Numbered from the stretch's first letter, positions 26,260 through 35,250 are shown. The stretch: DNA of 54,828 nt from a virus (IMGVR_UViG_3300030108_000328:1-54828), one strand, 5' to 3'. Numbers and translations: made by a program. The notes: generated from the letters alone by a model not told the origin.

Positions 26260-26409
26260 ATGTTGTACATCATAAAAATTATGGATGAGGATGGTAAGTT
26301 TTTTGCTTACCATACCACCAAAAGCAAAGTAGAATTAGAGACTTTATCTAAAAAGTATCTAAAGATGAAGGGCATAACAGTAGAAATTAAAAAGAAGGAA
26401 TTATCATGA
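26260..26409 (+). CDS. 49-aa hypothetical protein, not in ORF track
   Basis: MLYIIKIMDEDGKFFAYH...; fills gap, overlaps next start. Confidence 0.55.
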   Translation: MLYIIKIMDEDGKFFAYHTTKSKVELETLSKKYLKMKGITVEIKKKELS

Positions 26410-26582
26410 AATACAGAGAGATTGTGATAGCAGCAGAGGATTTGGAGTGTGATCAAATAGACACAATCTATAAAGCAATTAAAAATCATATCTTGGATGT
26501 TGGGATTGCAACACCTAAAACTTTAACAGGGTTTACTTGGAGACTAGACGTAAGAATGAGGATGGATAACTATGACACCTAG
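26406..26582 (+). CDS. 58-aa hypothetical protein, not in ORF track
   Basis: MKYREIVIAAEDLE...; AAGGA SD, ATGA overlap. Confidence 0.6.
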   Translation: MKYREIVIAAEDLECDQIDTIYKAIKNHILDVGIATPKTLTGFTWRLDVRMRMDNYDT

Positions 26583-26772
26583 AATAGAAAAGATATTTAA
26601 TTTAATCTACTACTCAGACTTTGATGAGGCAGAGATAAAACAACTAGCAATAGGTTTACTTGGTATGACATTGAACGATATGGCATGGCATCAAACATCA
26701 GACACTGTGAGTAGCTACAAATTAGATGATGAAATAGAACTGGACTTTGATGAAGGAGATAACCTGAGATGA
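26572..26772 (+). CDS. Early hypothetical protein
   Basis: Tight packing, GGA SD. Confidence 0.7.
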   Translation: MTPRIEKIFNLIYYSDFDEAEIKQLAIGLLGMTLNDMAWHQTSDTVSSYKLDDEIELDFDEGDNLR

Positions 26773-27089
26773 GACTATACAGATCAAGTAAAGGACAGTG
26801 GGTTGGTACTCAGAGAGATGCTCAGAGATACTTCCCTAAAGACTGGAAGCAAGTAGATGTACCAGTGTCTAAGGTTTACCTGATTGAGTTCCTTAACGAG
26901 AACAAGGTAGGTGCTACACAGACTGAACAACAACAGCCAGTGATGACTGCACCTGATCCAGAACAGATAGACCCAGAGGCTTACAGTTGGGTATCATGGG
27001 CATACGAAACGCTCAAGCGTGGAGATAAACAGGAAGCAATCAAGATGCTTGAGAACGGATTGAATAAACAAAAGGAGTTAATGAAATGA
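26769..27089 (+). CDS. Early hypothetical protein
   Basis: AGGAG SD, ATGA overlap. Confidence 0.75.
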   Translation: MRLYRSSKGQWVGTQRDAQRYFPKDWKQVDVPVSKVYLIEFLNENKVGATQTEQQQPVMTAPDPEQIDPEAYSWVSWAYETLKRGDKQEAIKMLENGLNKQKELMK

Positions 27090-27298
27090 AAACTGAAAAG
27101 GAACTAGACGCTGAAGTGCGAGAAGCTTTTGACAGGGCAATAGACGCTATCATGTTTGACTACATGTACATGGGTACTGAGAAGGGCAGAGATGATCTTG
27201 AGTATATGGGGTTCAAACACATTGAGACTAGGGAATACATAAAGATACCCAAGTGTGGTGTAGCATTTATGAAAAAGAAGGAGACAGAAAATGCTTGA
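27086..27298 (+). CDS. Early hypothetical protein
   Basis: AAGGAG SD, ATGA overlap. Confidence 0.75.
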   Translation: MKTEKELDAEVREAFDRAIDAIMFDYMYMGTEKGRDDLEYMGFKHIETREYIKIPKCGVAFMKKKETENA

Positions 27299-27545
27299 TA
27301 TGACAGCAATAGATAACATTGACCGATGGGTAGTTTTCTACACGACTAGAAGTGACACTGGTGAACCTGACCAACAGTGGGGAGATCCAGATAACCCAGT
27401 GTACCTGACTGATAGTTGGGAGATTTGTTACAACAAGAAGGAAGCAATAGAACGCTACAAAGAATTGTTTGACAGGTATCCCTTTATGGATATTCACAAC
27501 GCAGGGATCGCACCAGTAGATCCAGAGTACAGCACAGGGTGGTAG
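27291..27545 (+). CDS. Early hypothetical protein
   Basis: AGGAG SD. Confidence 0.75.
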   Translation: MLDMTAIDNIDRWVVFYTTRSDTGEPDQQWGDPDNPVYLTDSWEICYNKKEAIERYKELFDRYPFMDIHNAGIAPVDPEYSTGW

Positions 27546-27547
27546 GC

Positions 27548-27718
27548 ATGGATAAAAATATACACAAATTAATCATACCAAATGTGGATTATGATGAACT
27601 GCATAAGCAATACAAGTGGTTGTTAAATGTAGAAACAGTCTTTCACGAGGATGAAAGAGAAGGATTACTATATTTATTAGAAGATATGTTAGGTAGAATG
27701 AATTGGGGGAGAAGATGA
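27548..27718 (+). CDS. 56-aa hypothetical protein, not in ORF track
   Basis: MDKNIHKLIIPNVDYDEL...; fills gap, ATGA overlap with next gene. Confidence 0.6.
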   Translation: MDKNIHKLIIPNVDYDELHKQYKWLLNVETVFHEDEREGLLYLLEDMLGRMNWGRR

Positions 27719-27951
27719 ACACTAAAATATTTAACTACAAAGATAAGTCAGTCATGTTTATGAACTACGACTTGGACTACTGCTACAAGGTAGCTGACTA
27801 CATGATTAAAAGACCAGATACCAAAGGTTACTGGAGGCCAAGATTGTTTGAAGAAATTTATGACTGGATAGAAATAAATGATGATGATGATGATGAGCTA
27901 GTGCCTGTCACTGCTGAAGAGATAGAGAGAGCGTATAATGACTTGTGTTGA
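27715..27951 (+). CDS. Early hypothetical protein
   Basis: GGAG SD; ATG at 27715. Confidence 0.7.
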   Translation: MNTKIFNYKDKSVMFMNYDLDYCYKVADYMIKRPDTKGYWRPRLFEEIYDWIEINDDDDDELVPVTAEEIERAYNDLC

Positions 27952-28501
27952 AGAATGGAAACCTATGCCAAGACTAGATTCTTTATCTGACGAACAAAAT
28001 GATGAGTGGGTAAAAAAATATCAAATATCTAATCATGGTAGGGTGTGGTCTAATGCTACAAACAAGATACGTTCTTGTTCAAAGAATGATGGTTACGTTA
28101 TAGTTAATGCAGCCGTAGGTAGTAAGTCTAAAGGTAATTACAAAGCAATACATCAAAGAGTACATCGTATGGTTGGTATGCAGTTTATCGACAATCCAGA
28201 AAACAAACCACAGATTAATCATATTAACTTTATTAAAACAGACAACAGAGTTGAGAATCTTGAGTGGTGTACCCTACAAGAGAATATAAAACACTACTTA
28301 GACACATCTAACGATGATCATTTAAAGAGTAGGTGGGAAAGCCCTTACTCACGTTTTACAGAGGAGCAGTACAAATATATATGGGATAACTACAAGGAAA
28401 GACACAAAGAGTTTGGTGCTAGAGCTTTGGCTAGAAAGTTTGGAGTGCACCACTGCACAATATTAAAAGTTTTAAAGGAAAAAGAAAATGAGCTACGATA
28501 A
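27938..28501 (+). CDS. NUMOD4-HNH homing endonuclease
   Basis: EEWKP...YQISNHGRVWS (NUMOD4); VHRMV...QINHINFIKTDNRVENLEWCT...N..H (HNH); C-terminal HTH. Confidence 0.9.
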   Translation: MTCVEEWKPMPRLDSLSDEQNDEWVKKYQISNHGRVWSNATNKIRSCSKNDGYVIVNAAVGSKSKGNYKAIHQRVHRMVGMQFIDNPENKPQINHINFIKTDNRVENLEWCTLQENIKHYLDTSNDDHLKSRWESPYSRFTEEQYKYIWDNYKERHKEFGARALARKFGVHHCTILKVLKEKENELR

Positions 28502-28895
28502 ATGGATCATGATTGAGGGTGGCACAAAGAGCCAACAGAAACACGCCATAAGTATGATCATGTTCTTTAAGAAGAAGTTCAACATAGATCCTTACATAGA
28601 GGTGTGCTTCCGAAGACAGGGTTACGGTCTAGGTGGGTGTGTTCAGATGGAAAAGGGTGAGTACATGATAGACTTAGATAAATCTTTGAAGCTCAAAGAT
28701 ATGCTTACGACACTGGCTCACGAACTGGTACACGTTAAACAATACGAGTGTGGAGAGCTAACGCAGAACAGTGAGGACAACATACCATACTGGGATAAAC
28801 CCTCAGAGATCGAAGCCTATGGACGTGAAGTAGGATTGTTTATTACTTGGGCAGAAGAAAATAACTTAGGCAATAAAGCCTGGACACAAAATTAA
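28488..28895 (+). CDS. Zincin-type metallopeptidase
   Basis: LAHELVH (HExxH) and downstream PSEIEAY. Confidence 0.75.
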   Translation: MSYDKWIMIEGGTKSQQKHAISMIMFFKKKFNIDPYIEVCFRRQGYGLGGCVQMEKGEYMIDLDKSLKLKDMLTTLAHELVHVKQYECGELTQNSEDNIPYWDKPSEIEAYGREVGLFITWAEENNLGNKAWTQN

Positions 28896-28909
28896 AAAGG
28901 AGAACTAAA

Positions 28910-29224
28910 ATGTTAGAAGACAAAACATACAAAGTAAAAGTAGGTGAGTATTGTGATGCGGTTATATACGTGTACGAAAGACATCGTAAATGTTTGAACC
29001 CGAAGGATGAACCAGAAAAACACAAGTGGAAACACTGGAAAGAAGTAGTGACAGTAATACCTGTTACTCACGATGATTATGATGACTATCAAGATAAATC
29101 AGGTAACTTTCACAACAACGTAAGGGTAGTGGTTGATGCATTGTCAGAGTTGTACGGTAACAATCCTGACTACGAGATGGGTATAAGTTACACCATGAAC
29201 ACACACCAGTACATCAACGTATAG
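28910..29224 (+). CDS. Hypothetical protein
   Basis: AAGGAG SD. Confidence 0.75.
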   Translation: MLEDKTYKVKVGEYCDAVIYVYERHRKCLNPKDEPEKHKWKHWKEVVTVIPVTHDDYDDYQDKSGNFHNNVRVVVDALSELYGNNPDYEMGISYTMNTHQYINV

Positions 29225-29356
29225 TAGGAGGTATAATCTTTGGCACCATATATTGCGTTAGTATGCTGTATAGTTTTTTACATCTGGGTTTTCTATATGT
29301 TAAAATGAGGGTGACAACGTGTCTCACTTGAAATAAAAACAACAGTTGCCAACTAA

Positions 29357-29435
29357 TAACTAAAGGTTATACCTAAAGTATACTTATATTTATTATTACT
29401 AATAGATAATAATACTATAGGTATTACTTAAAGAA
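29357..29435. repeat. Second AT-rich TAC-N5-GTA cluster
   Basis: TACCTAAAGTA 29370, TACTATAGGTA 29413, degenerate copy 29425. Confidence 0.6.
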
Positions 29436-29448
29436 AGGAACTAACAGT

Positions 29449-29679
29449 ATGGATCATGATGAGGAAGATGATTTGTTGTATCTAACAACGTTTGAAGTTG
29501 GATCTCTCCTCGACAAATTAGAAAAAGAAGACAGAGATATTGTTGAAGTTATCATGGAACAAAACTCTACTTTGTTGAATTGTATTCTTGATATGCAAGA
29601 CTTTATGAAGGAGAAGGGTTACGGTACAAAAGAATTTAAGAAATGGATAGATCAAAAAGGGGAGGTAGTATATCACTAA
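29449..29679 (+). CDS. Hypothetical protein
   Basis: AAGGA SD. Confidence 0.75.
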   Translation: MDHDEEDDLLYLTTFEVGSLLDKLEKEDRDIVEVIMEQNSTLLNCILDMQDFMKEKGYGTKEFKKWIDQKGEVVYH

Positions 29680-29864
29680 TGAGACACTTGAAATACGAAG
29701 ATGAAAAAGTGGTAGCTGTTGAATCTTACATCAAAGATTTGCAAAGAGACATTGACGATCTTGAGTGGGATGGTGAACAGTACAAAGCAGACAAGTTAAA
29801 GATCTTGTTAAAAGAAGTTAAAGAATACAGAGATAGAGGTGAACTATGGTATCCAATGTTTTAA
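29679..29864 (+). CDS. Hypothetical protein
   Basis: TAATG coupling gives start MRHLKY. Confidence 0.7.
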   Translation: MRHLKYEDEKVVAVESYIKDLQRDIDDLEWDGEQYKADKLKILLKEVKEYRDRGELWYPMF

Positions 29865-30016
29865 AAGAAAAGAATGTAGTAAATATTAGTCGAGAAGATT
29901 TAGTTAAAAATTTATGTAGTAGATATTCTCAAGAGGAACTAGCAAAGATAACAGTCAGCATGTTGGTAAAGAACAGTGACCTATCCCAGAAGTTAAAAAG
30001 TTTGGAGAGTGAATAG
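29846..30016 (+). CDS. 56-aa hypothetical protein, not in ORF track
   Basis: MVSNVLKEKN...; GAGGT SD. Confidence 0.55.
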   Translation: MVSNVLKEKNVVNISREDLVKNLCSRYSQEELAKITVSMLVKNSDLSQKLKSLESE

Positions 30017-30017
30017 C

Positions 30018-30191
30018 ATGATGTACATACTAATATGGATGCAGTTGTTCAGCACACAATCAGTCGAATACTACCAGTTGGGTAACTACGCTACACTGGA
30101 GGAGTGCCAGATTGAATTGAGCAAAGCAGCCAAGATGATAACACACAAGTCAGAGACAGTGGCTTGTCTAGAAGTAGAGGTACAACAATGA
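30018..30191 (+). CDS. Small exported Cys-containing protein
   Basis: MMYILIW..., YATLEEC motif; GGAG SD. Confidence 0.65.
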   Translation: MMYILIWMQLFSTQSVEYYQLGNYATLEECQIELSKAAKMITHKSETVACLEVEVQQ

Positions 30192-30382
30192 CACCAAGTG
30201 AAGCAGCAGAGGTAGAAGCAAAGAAAACATTTGAAGGGTTTATCAAGTGGATGAAGACATCCTTCTACTGGATCATGGCAATCCTAGTTATACTGGCATG
30301 GTGTAACTTTGGAACAGACACTGAGACAGGTAGCCAGTACAACGGTGAGGTGTACGCACCCAGAAATATAGGAGAGAAGTAA
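30188..30382 (+). CDS. Small single-TM protein
   Basis: GAGGT SD, ATGA overlap; EAKKTFEGFIKW then TM helix. Confidence 0.65.
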   Translation: MTPSEAAEVEAKKTFEGFIKWMKTSFYWIMAILVILAWCNFGTDTETGSQYNGEVYAPRNIGEK

Positions 30383-30612
30383 TGCAACCAAAGAACGTAC
30401 CAGTACATGTTCGGATCAAAGTAGAGCCGACAGTAAAGCAGAGGGGTAGACCTTGCCGTTTACATGGCAAAGACTTCAACAGCATAGCTGACGCAGCACG
30501 ATACTTTAACGAGAACTATTCATGGGCAGCAGAGCAAGTTCAAAAGGGTATGAACAGAGAAAGTTTTCCAAAGAAATATAAGGTTAAAAAAGATGAACTG
30601 TTGGCACTGTGA
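30382..30612 (+). CDS. Small HTH (NUMOD1-like) DNA-binding protein
   Basis: GKDFNSIADAARYF motif. Confidence 0.55.
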   Translation: MQPKNVPVHVRIKVEPTVKQRGRPCRLHGKDFNSIADAARYFNENYSWAAEQVQKGMNRESFPKKYKVKKDELLAL

Positions 30613-30775
30613 TACTAAATTAACTTGGGGTGGTAATCACGACATTGACGAGGATCAAACTTCCCTCTTTGGGGAATACAGCATAGTAACTAACCTAACC
30701 TGTCCTAACTGTGACACATATGTTTTAGTATACTATCCAAGGGAAGAGGAAGAAAATGACAAAAAACTGCACTAG
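30593..30775 (+). CDS. Zn-ribbon protein
   Basis: CWHC...CPNC. Confidence 0.7.
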   Translation: MNCWHCDTKLTWGGNHDIDEDQTSLFGEYSIVTNLTCPNCDTYVLVYYPREEEENDKKLH

Positions 30776-30929
30776 TGATACGAGTGAGAACTACTGCACA
30801 ACAAAAGGACTGGGGTGGGCATTTATTATCTGCTCATTTTTAATCCTGGGATTACCTGTGCTGATGTGGTTAGCTCTGGAAGGGGCTGACTGGTACACCA
30901 AGTTTGACTTAATGAACCCGATGTGGTAA
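30756..30929 (+). CDS. 57-aa single-TM protein, not in ORF track
   Basis: MTKNCTSD...GWAFIICSFLILGLPVLMWLAL; GAGGA SD. Confidence 0.6.
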   Translation: MTKNCTSDTSENYCTTKGLGWAFIICSFLILGLPVLMWLALEGADWYTKFDLMNPMW

Positions 30930-30933
30930 AGAT

Positions 30934-31071
30934 ATGGATGAAGCAAAAGAATGGCACGTTGACAGGAGGAAGGGAATCTCGAAAGAGATAAGGCCAATGA
31001 CCAAGGAAGAACGACAAAGAGCGAAAGAAAAGGAACAACAGAATGACAGCAGCAGTGAACAGCAACAATGA
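30934..31071 (+). CDS. 45-aa hypothetical protein, not in ORF track
   Basis: MDEAKEWH...; fills gap before primase. Confidence 0.45.
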   Translation: MDEAKEWHVDRRKGISKEIRPMTKEERQRAKEKEQQNDSSSEQQQ

Positions 31072-32638
31072 GATTATACATCAACCATGTCCTTTCGAGG
31101 ATTGTGCAAGTTCAGATGCTTTCAGCTACAATCTAGTAACTAAAGTTGGTAAGTGCCACTCCTGTAACAGGGGTTATCCAAACTCAGCAAAAAAGTTTGA
31201 CTGGGCAGAGGCAACATATCCACCACCACTACCCAAGGTAGACTTACGTAACGTCAACGTAATCTCAGGCAGATACGAGGGTATCAGAGGATTAGATGAA
31301 GACGTAGCTAAACTCTACAACATCCAACTACAAATAGGTGAGGGTGGTGAGCCAGTACGGTACGCTTTCAAGTACAAAGATAACGTAAAGTATCGTGGCT
31401 ATCACGAGAAGAAGTTCTGGACTAAAGAGCGTGGGTCACTGACAGAACTATTTGGGCCTGAGTTTAACGCAGGATCTAGTAAACGTATCTACGTTACAGA
31501 GGGTGAGTTTGACGCAGCCAGTCTGTATCAGGTCTTAGGTAAATCCTATCCTGTAAAGTCACTGCCAAGTGCAGCCCTATCAGATAAATTTATTAAGGAT
31601 AACTTTGACTACCTCAACTCTTTCGAGATGGTAGTCTACGCAGGTGAACTAGATCAAGCAGGTCAGGGTGCAGCACAGAAACTGTACAGCATAATGCCTG
31701 AGAAGTTTTACTACGTGCCTATGTCGAAGCACAAGGATGCCAACGAGTTTCTCATGAAGGGTGACGAGTCGGATCTCAAGTGGGCAGCACTCAAGCCACA
31801 GAGATTTGCACCAGACAACTTCTTTGTTGGAGACTTGGAGGTAGAGAAAGCTATCACCACAGAGAACCCTTACGAGTATGTGCCGACAGGACACACTGGT
31901 ATTGATGATAAGATCAGAGGACTGGTGAAGGGTGGACTTACATTCATCAAAGCACTCAGGGGTCAGGGTAAGACTGAGCTAGTCAGATACTTTGAGGTAG
32001 GACTGCTCAAGCAGAACACAAAGCTTGCCCTGTTACACATGGAAGAGATGAAGTCTACAACCTACAGGGCTATGGCAACCTACGAACTAGGATGGAATGT
32101 CAGAACCAAAGAGGATGCAGTGACCACAGGGTTCAGTGAGGATCAAGTTATCAAAGCAGCACAGAAGATGGCAGGTGGTGAGAACACAGTTATCTTTGAA
32201 ATGCGTAGTCATGATGATCCAATGCAACTCTTGGACTACGTTAGACTTGCAGCTACAGTCTATGGTGCAGAGTACATCTTTATAGATCACGTTCAACGTC
32301 TAGCCTACCTGTCAAACTCTGGGGTTGACGCAGCTACTAGCACGTTGACAACTCTTGGATCACGAATGGCGCAGCTTGCCAAAGAATTAAATATAGGTGT
32401 GGTATTTATATCACAGGTCAACGATGATGGACGCACCAAGTATGCAGCATCTCTTGAAGAGGAGGCTATCGTCTGCATAAAACTGAACAGGGATACTGAG
32501 TCAGATGATGATGTGGAAAGAAACACAACACATTTTATTGTAGATAAAAACAGACCTTTTGCCAAATTAGGCAGAGCAGGGTCAGTCTACTACGATCCTG
32601 AGACAACAGTCCTCGAAGAGGTAGTGTTCAACGTATGA
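31043..32638 (+). CDS. DNA primase/helicase (T7 gp4-like)
   Basis: Zn finger CPFEDC/CHSC, TOPRIM TEGEFDA and KDANE, Walker A GQGKT, IFIDH, KNR arginine finger. Confidence 0.95.
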   Translation: MTAAVNSNNEIIHQPCPFEDCASSDAFSYNLVTKVGKCHSCNRGYPNSAKKFDWAEATYPPPLPKVDLRNVNVISGRYEGIRGLDEDVAKLYNIQLQIGEGGEPVRYAFKYKDNVKYRGYHEKKFWTKERGSLTELFGPEFNAGSSKRIYVTEGEFDAASLYQVLGKSYPVKSLPSAALSDKFIKDNFDYLNSFEMVVYAGELDQAGQGAAQKLYSIMPEKFYYVPMSKHKDANEFLMKGDESDLKWAALKPQRFAPDNFFVGDLEVEKAITTENPYEYVPTGHTGIDDKIRGLVKGGLTFIKALRGQGKTELVRYFEVGLLKQNTKLALLHMEEMKSTTYRAMATYELGWNVRTKEDAVTTGFSEDQVIKAAQKMAGGENTVIFEMRSHDDPMQLLDYVRLAATVYGAEYIFIDHVQRLAYLSNSGVDAATSTLTTLGSRMAQLAKELNIGVVFISQVNDDGRTKYAASLEEEAIVCIKLNRDTESDDDVERNTTHFIVDKNRPFAKLGRAGSVYYDPETTVLEEVVFNV

Positions 32639-34596
32639 GGATTGTCATCAGCGACATAGAAACAAACGGTCTTAACGACAGCGACAAGCTTTGGATCTGT
32701 GGTGGTAAGGATCTTACTACTGGTAAGATTTCAAGGTTCGATAACTGTCACGAAGATCCAGTTGCTAGGCGTGAAGCTATCAAATGGTACGAGTCAGCAG
32801 ATCTAATTGTTGGTCACAACTTTGTACAGTTTGATGCACCCATGTTAAACAAACTACTTCAACCCAGACTGATAGATCCAAGAAAGATTGTAGACACTCT
32901 CCTGATTAGTAGGTTGGTGGACTACGACATTGAGACACCCAAGGGTGCTAAGTTTCCTCACAGCCTACAGGCTTGGGGTATCAGGTTAAACAAACATAAA
33001 GGAGACTTTCATGAGTTTGATAAATTCAGTATCGAAATGGTTGACTACTGGTATCAGGACATCGAGGTTACAGAATCTTTGTTCAATCATTTCAATGATA
33101 TTGTTTGGAGTCCTGATTGGCGTAAGTCTTTAAGGACAGAGCACGATGTACAAATAGAGTTAGTTCGTACACAACACTACGGTTTCTTCTTTGATAAAAC
33201 AAAGGCAGAGTTTCTTCTTAACTCAGTCAAGACAAAAATGGGTACACTAGAGGAGCAGTTCCAAGTAGACTTCCCACCCAAACTTACTGAGGTCAATCGC
33301 ATCAAGTATCGACTCAAGAAAGATGGTGGTGAGATGGCTACAGTTACAAGGGCAAAAGAAAAATATGCCATGACAAACGTAGAGGATGATGACCTCGTTT
33401 GCTTTGACTGGATAGAGTTTAATCCAGGATCTGCAAAGGACAGGATAGATGTTCTCTGGGATGCAGGGTGGAAGCCAGTAGATAAAACAAAGACTGCTAT
33501 CAACTTCTCTCGAAAGAAGATAGGTGATCCATACGGCAAGTCAGTAGCCGCTATGGACGAGGATTTTTACAATCAAAAGAAGAAAGACTTGGACAGGTAC
33601 GGATTCACTGTATCGGAGGCAAACCTTGGCACACTGCCTGAGACAGCACCTACAGGAGCGAAAGCTCTAGCCCAGTGGTTGACACTCGAAGGACGCAGAA
33701 GCTCACTGGTTGAGTGGCTAGGGCAGTGTGGTGACGATTTAAGGATTCATGGTAGGATAAATAACATTGGAGCATGGACTGGACGGTGTGCTCACAAAGA
33801 TCCTAACACTGCTAACATATCCTCTCCGTTTCATGGTGAACCTAAGTCAGCAGTAGATGAAGTAAAGAAACAATTTGATGTGCATCTACGTGCTTGTTGG
33901 ACAGTTCCTTCTGACTCTTGGTTGGTTGGTACAGACGCAGACGGTATTCAACTACGTGTGTTAGCTGACTATCTTTGGAGACACTTTGAAGCAGATCAGT
34001 ATGCACAAGCCATTATGAAGGGAAAGAAAGAGGACGAGACAGACATACACAACGTCAACAAAAAAGCTTTGGATGTACCCAATGGTACGAGGGATATGGC
34101 AAAGACTTTTATCTACGCTTGGTTATTGGGTGCAGGTGTAGCAAAGACTGGTCAGATACTAAAAGTAAACATGAAGGAAGCACAGGCGGCACGTACTCGT
34201 TTCGAGATGAGCATTGATGGTTTGTATAACTTGAAGAATCAACTCGTGCCTTACATTGCAGAGCAAGGGTACTTTACGGGTTATGATGGACGTAAAGTTC
34301 CAGTACCCAACGCACACAAAACACTGGCAGGGATATTGCAGAACGGTGAGGCTTGCTTGATGAAACACAGCCTACTCAAGTGGCATAGTAGAGCCAGACA
34401 GGAAGGGATAAAGTTTAAAATGGTTGGGTTCATCCACGATGAATACCAAGTAGAAGTAACAGGAACAGAGGAGGAAGCTAAAAGATTAGGACAGATACAG
34501 GCAGACTGTATGTTAGAAACTGGTCAAGAGTTAGGGTTTAAAATACCTACTCCAGGATCTTACGACATAGGAAAAAACTGGGCTGAAACCCATTGA
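32635..34596 (+). CDS. Family A DNA polymerase with 3'-5' exonuclease
   Basis: DIET, GHNF, TGR, motif A DADGIQLR, motif B KTFIYA, motif C IHDE. Confidence 0.97.
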   Translation: MRIVISDIETNGLNDSDKLWICGGKDLTTGKISRFDNCHEDPVARREAIKWYESADLIVGHNFVQFDAPMLNKLLQPRLIDPRKIVDTLLISRLVDYDIETPKGAKFPHSLQAWGIRLNKHKGDFHEFDKFSIEMVDYWYQDIEVTESLFNHFNDIVWSPDWRKSLRTEHDVQIELVRTQHYGFFFDKTKAEFLLNSVKTKMGTLEEQFQVDFPPKLTEVNRIKYRLKKDGGEMATVTRAKEKYAMTNVEDDDLVCFDWIEFNPGSAKDRIDVLWDAGWKPVDKTKTAINFSRKKIGDPYGKSVAAMDEDFYNQKKKDLDRYGFTVSEANLGTLPETAPTGAKALAQWLTLEGRRSSLVEWLGQCGDDLRIHGRINNIGAWTGRCAHKDPNTANISSPFHGEPKSAVDEVKKQFDVHLRACWTVPSDSWLVGTDADGIQLRVLADYLWRHFEADQYAQAIMKGKKEDETDIHNVNKKALDVPNGTRDMAKTFIYAWLLGAGVAKTGQILKVNMKEAQAARTRFEMSIDGLYNLKNQLVPYIAEQGYFTGYDGRKVPVPNAHKTLAGILQNGEACLMKHSLLKWHSRARQEGIKFKMVGFIHDEYQVEVTGTEEEAKRLGQIQADCMLETGQELGFKIPTPGSYDIGKNWAETH

Positions 34597-34621
34597 CAAC
34601 TACAACAAAAAAGATTAAATG
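34593..34621 (+). promoter_or_regulatory. Putative promoter for ssb
   Basis: TTGACA overlapping polymerase stop, TTAAAT/TAAATG 16-17 bp downstream. Confidence 0.4.
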
Positions 34622-34650
34622 TAAAAACAGTAAAAGAAAAGGAGGGCAAT

Positions 34651-35163
34651 ATGCCATCAACACAAATTGATATTAAAGGTACACTCGAATGGGCAAAGGT
34701 CTTTGAGTTAAACAGAGATCACAACGAGTGGAACGAAGATAAAGGGGGTGAGTATAAAGTCACTGTCACCACCGACAAGAAGACAGCAGATGCTTTGAAG
34801 AAAGCAGGATGTCAAAAGAAGATAGAGGAAGTATCTGGCGGTCACAAAATAACCGTAGTGCGTCCTCACGTTGGTTCACAAGACTGGATGGGCGGTGCCC
34901 CAATAGTCGCTGACAAATCAGGTAAAGAATGGAACTTCGAGGAGAAGGGTTTTATCGGAAATGGAAGCAAGGGTATTGTGAAAGTTGAGATATATCCTAC
35001 TGCGGTTGGTTCAGGAACACGCCTAGTAGGACTTCAAGTTCTCGATCATGTGGTTTATGAGGTTGAGGCCCAGTCAGCCTCTGATATGTTCTCAGACCAC
35101 ACGAAGAGTTCTAGTGGTAAGTCTTCCTCCCGAAAAGAACCACAGGACTCTATCCCCTTCTAG
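34651..35163 (+). CDS. Single-stranded DNA-binding protein (T7 gp2.5-like)
   Basis: GTLEWAKV, IGNGS, QVLDHVVY, C-terminal DSIPF. Confidence 0.8.
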   Translation: MPSTQIDIKGTLEWAKVFELNRDHNEWNEDKGGEYKVTVTTDKKTADALKKAGCQKKIEEVSGGHKITVVRPHVGSQDWMGGAPIVADKSGKEWNFEEKGFIGNGSKGIVKVEIYPTAVGSGTRLVGLQVLDHVVYEVEAQSASDMFSDHTKSSSGKSSSRKEPQDSIPF

Positions 35164-35230
35164 GTTTTCGTTCCTTTTTACCCTAGAAGAATAAGCCCCC
35201 ATCTTTTTCGTTCATTTTTAGGTGGGGGCT
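35157..35230 (+). ncRNA. Twin-hairpin RNA element / terminator with near-identical loops (candidate sRNA)
   Basis: Stems CUUCUAGG/CCUAGAAG and AGCCCCCAUCU/AGGUGGGGGCU; loops UUUUCGUUC(C/A)UUUUU. Confidence 0.55.
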
Positions 35231-35250
35231 ATTTTATAATAACAAGGCAG

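Noticed and set aside
28488-28895. HExxH peptidase as the GG-motif processing protease
   Set aside because: Lies in the early arm, unlinked to head genes; nothing in the sequence connects them
29225-29448. tRNA gene in intergenic gap
   Set aside because: No cloverleaf or T-loop consensus seen by eye; tRNAscan-SE would be decisive
32635-34596. DnaJ zinc-finger insertion or intein in the polymerase
   Set aside because: No CxxCxGxG repeats or intein termini; length is normal
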